A DNA stretch of 64,000 nt from Nemertoderma westbladi (taxonomy: Eukaryota; Animalia; Xenacoelomorpha). The notes under the pieces are model-generated. The model made no database searches. It was given only the letters and a program-made list of their open reading frames with translations, and had not been told where the DNA came from. The position numbers and the translations under genes were made by a program. The stretch is from assembly GCA_032718475.1 (NCBI GenBank), contig JAUCBJ010006708.1:24182-88181 (forward strand). The letters run 5' to 3'. Positions 63,100-64,000 of the stretch are shown here, in pieces. Position 1 is the stretch's first letter. Each line of letters opens with the position of its first letter.

Positions 63100-64000
63100 A
63101 AGTGTTTAAACAGGATCAAACATTTCAGCATCTGTAATTCGTCTCGTGATCCTTATTTTGGCATTCGGCCAATTCGGCATTCGTGGGACCATGGAGCCCA
63201 TAGGATACCCGAACGATAATTGAAGAGTTATCAAAAAAGAAAGATAGGCATCTGGCTGTTATCTTTGTTAAATTCTTCAAGGGCTTTGATTCAGTTTCTA
63301 TCTCACGTATGTTCAGCATAGTTTCATTATATGGGATTCCTGATGAAATTATTGCAGCAATTAGATCAGTATACGATGGTTCGACAACATTTGTGTCTAC
63401 TGTTGACGGTGACACAGAACCATTTGAAGTGTTATGGGGCGTCCTCCAAGGAGACACACTTGCACCATTCTTGTTCATTATTGTGGTTGACTATGTTCTA
63501 CGCACGTCCTTAGATCATTATAAAGATGATGGGGTGATGATAACTCCACCTACTGGCTCCAGAAGTCGAGGAAATCCTGCAAGTACCTAACTGATCTAGA
63601 CTTTGCTGATGACTTAGGAGTACTCTCAGAATCACTAGAGGGAGCCCAACGGCTCCTCAGCTCATTAGAACATGCTGCTTCTAGTGTTGGTCTTTTTATT
63701 AACTCCAGAAAGACCAAAATTTTGACAGTTAACTTTGAAAGTCCTCAGCAAGTTTCTGATCGGATGAGCATAAGCTCAAAGGATGGTATGCTTGAGCATG
63801 TGGACGACTTCTGTTACCTGGGATTATGGATCCGGAAGTCAGATGAGGACCTTCGAATACGTAAGGGAAAGGCATGGGCAGCCTTGAATAGGCTTTCCAG
63901 GATTTGGAAGTCACCGAGAATTAATCGGAAACTTAAGGTCCGATTATTTAGAGCAGCAGTAGTTCCAGTACCTCTCTATGAGAGTCCATGTTGGGCTCTA
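63100..64000 (+). mobile_element. RTE-clade LINE RT pseudogene, runs off the window
   Basis: GVLQGDTLAPFLF, LDFADDLG, FCYLG; frameshift near 63580. Confidence 0.92.

Overview
AT-rich eukaryotic (animal-like, spliceosomal GT-AG introns) genomic DNA, dominated by transposons and tandem repeats. From left to right: (1) the 3' part of a BEL/Pao LTR retrotransposon (open pol from the window edge to 3292), whose long 3' region carries an extra Cys/His-rich ORF interrupted by one TGA; (2) two non-autonomous hAT elements with exact 8-bp TSDs, one holding a nested Mutator-like foldback element with a 9-bp TSD; (3) a 48-bp and a ~59-bp tandem array; (4) a small spliced gene, with two coding exons, for a secreted Ly6/uPAR three-finger-fold protein (20720..21556), which the ORF track only partly shows; (5) two 37-bp satellite arrays, each preceded by the same ~480-bp leader containing a degenerate hammerhead-like motif; (6) a 13-kb 30-bp satellite punctuated by seven copies of a cassette that contains an intact 129-nt phase-0 exon on the minus strand; six copies also carry a 30-nt ATG-ending micro-exon; (7) rearranged RTE-clade LINE copies with nested hAT and Mutator-like insertions. 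Most long ORFs in the track are artefacts of stop-free repeat units. Family assignments come from motif recognition by eye; no database searches were run.
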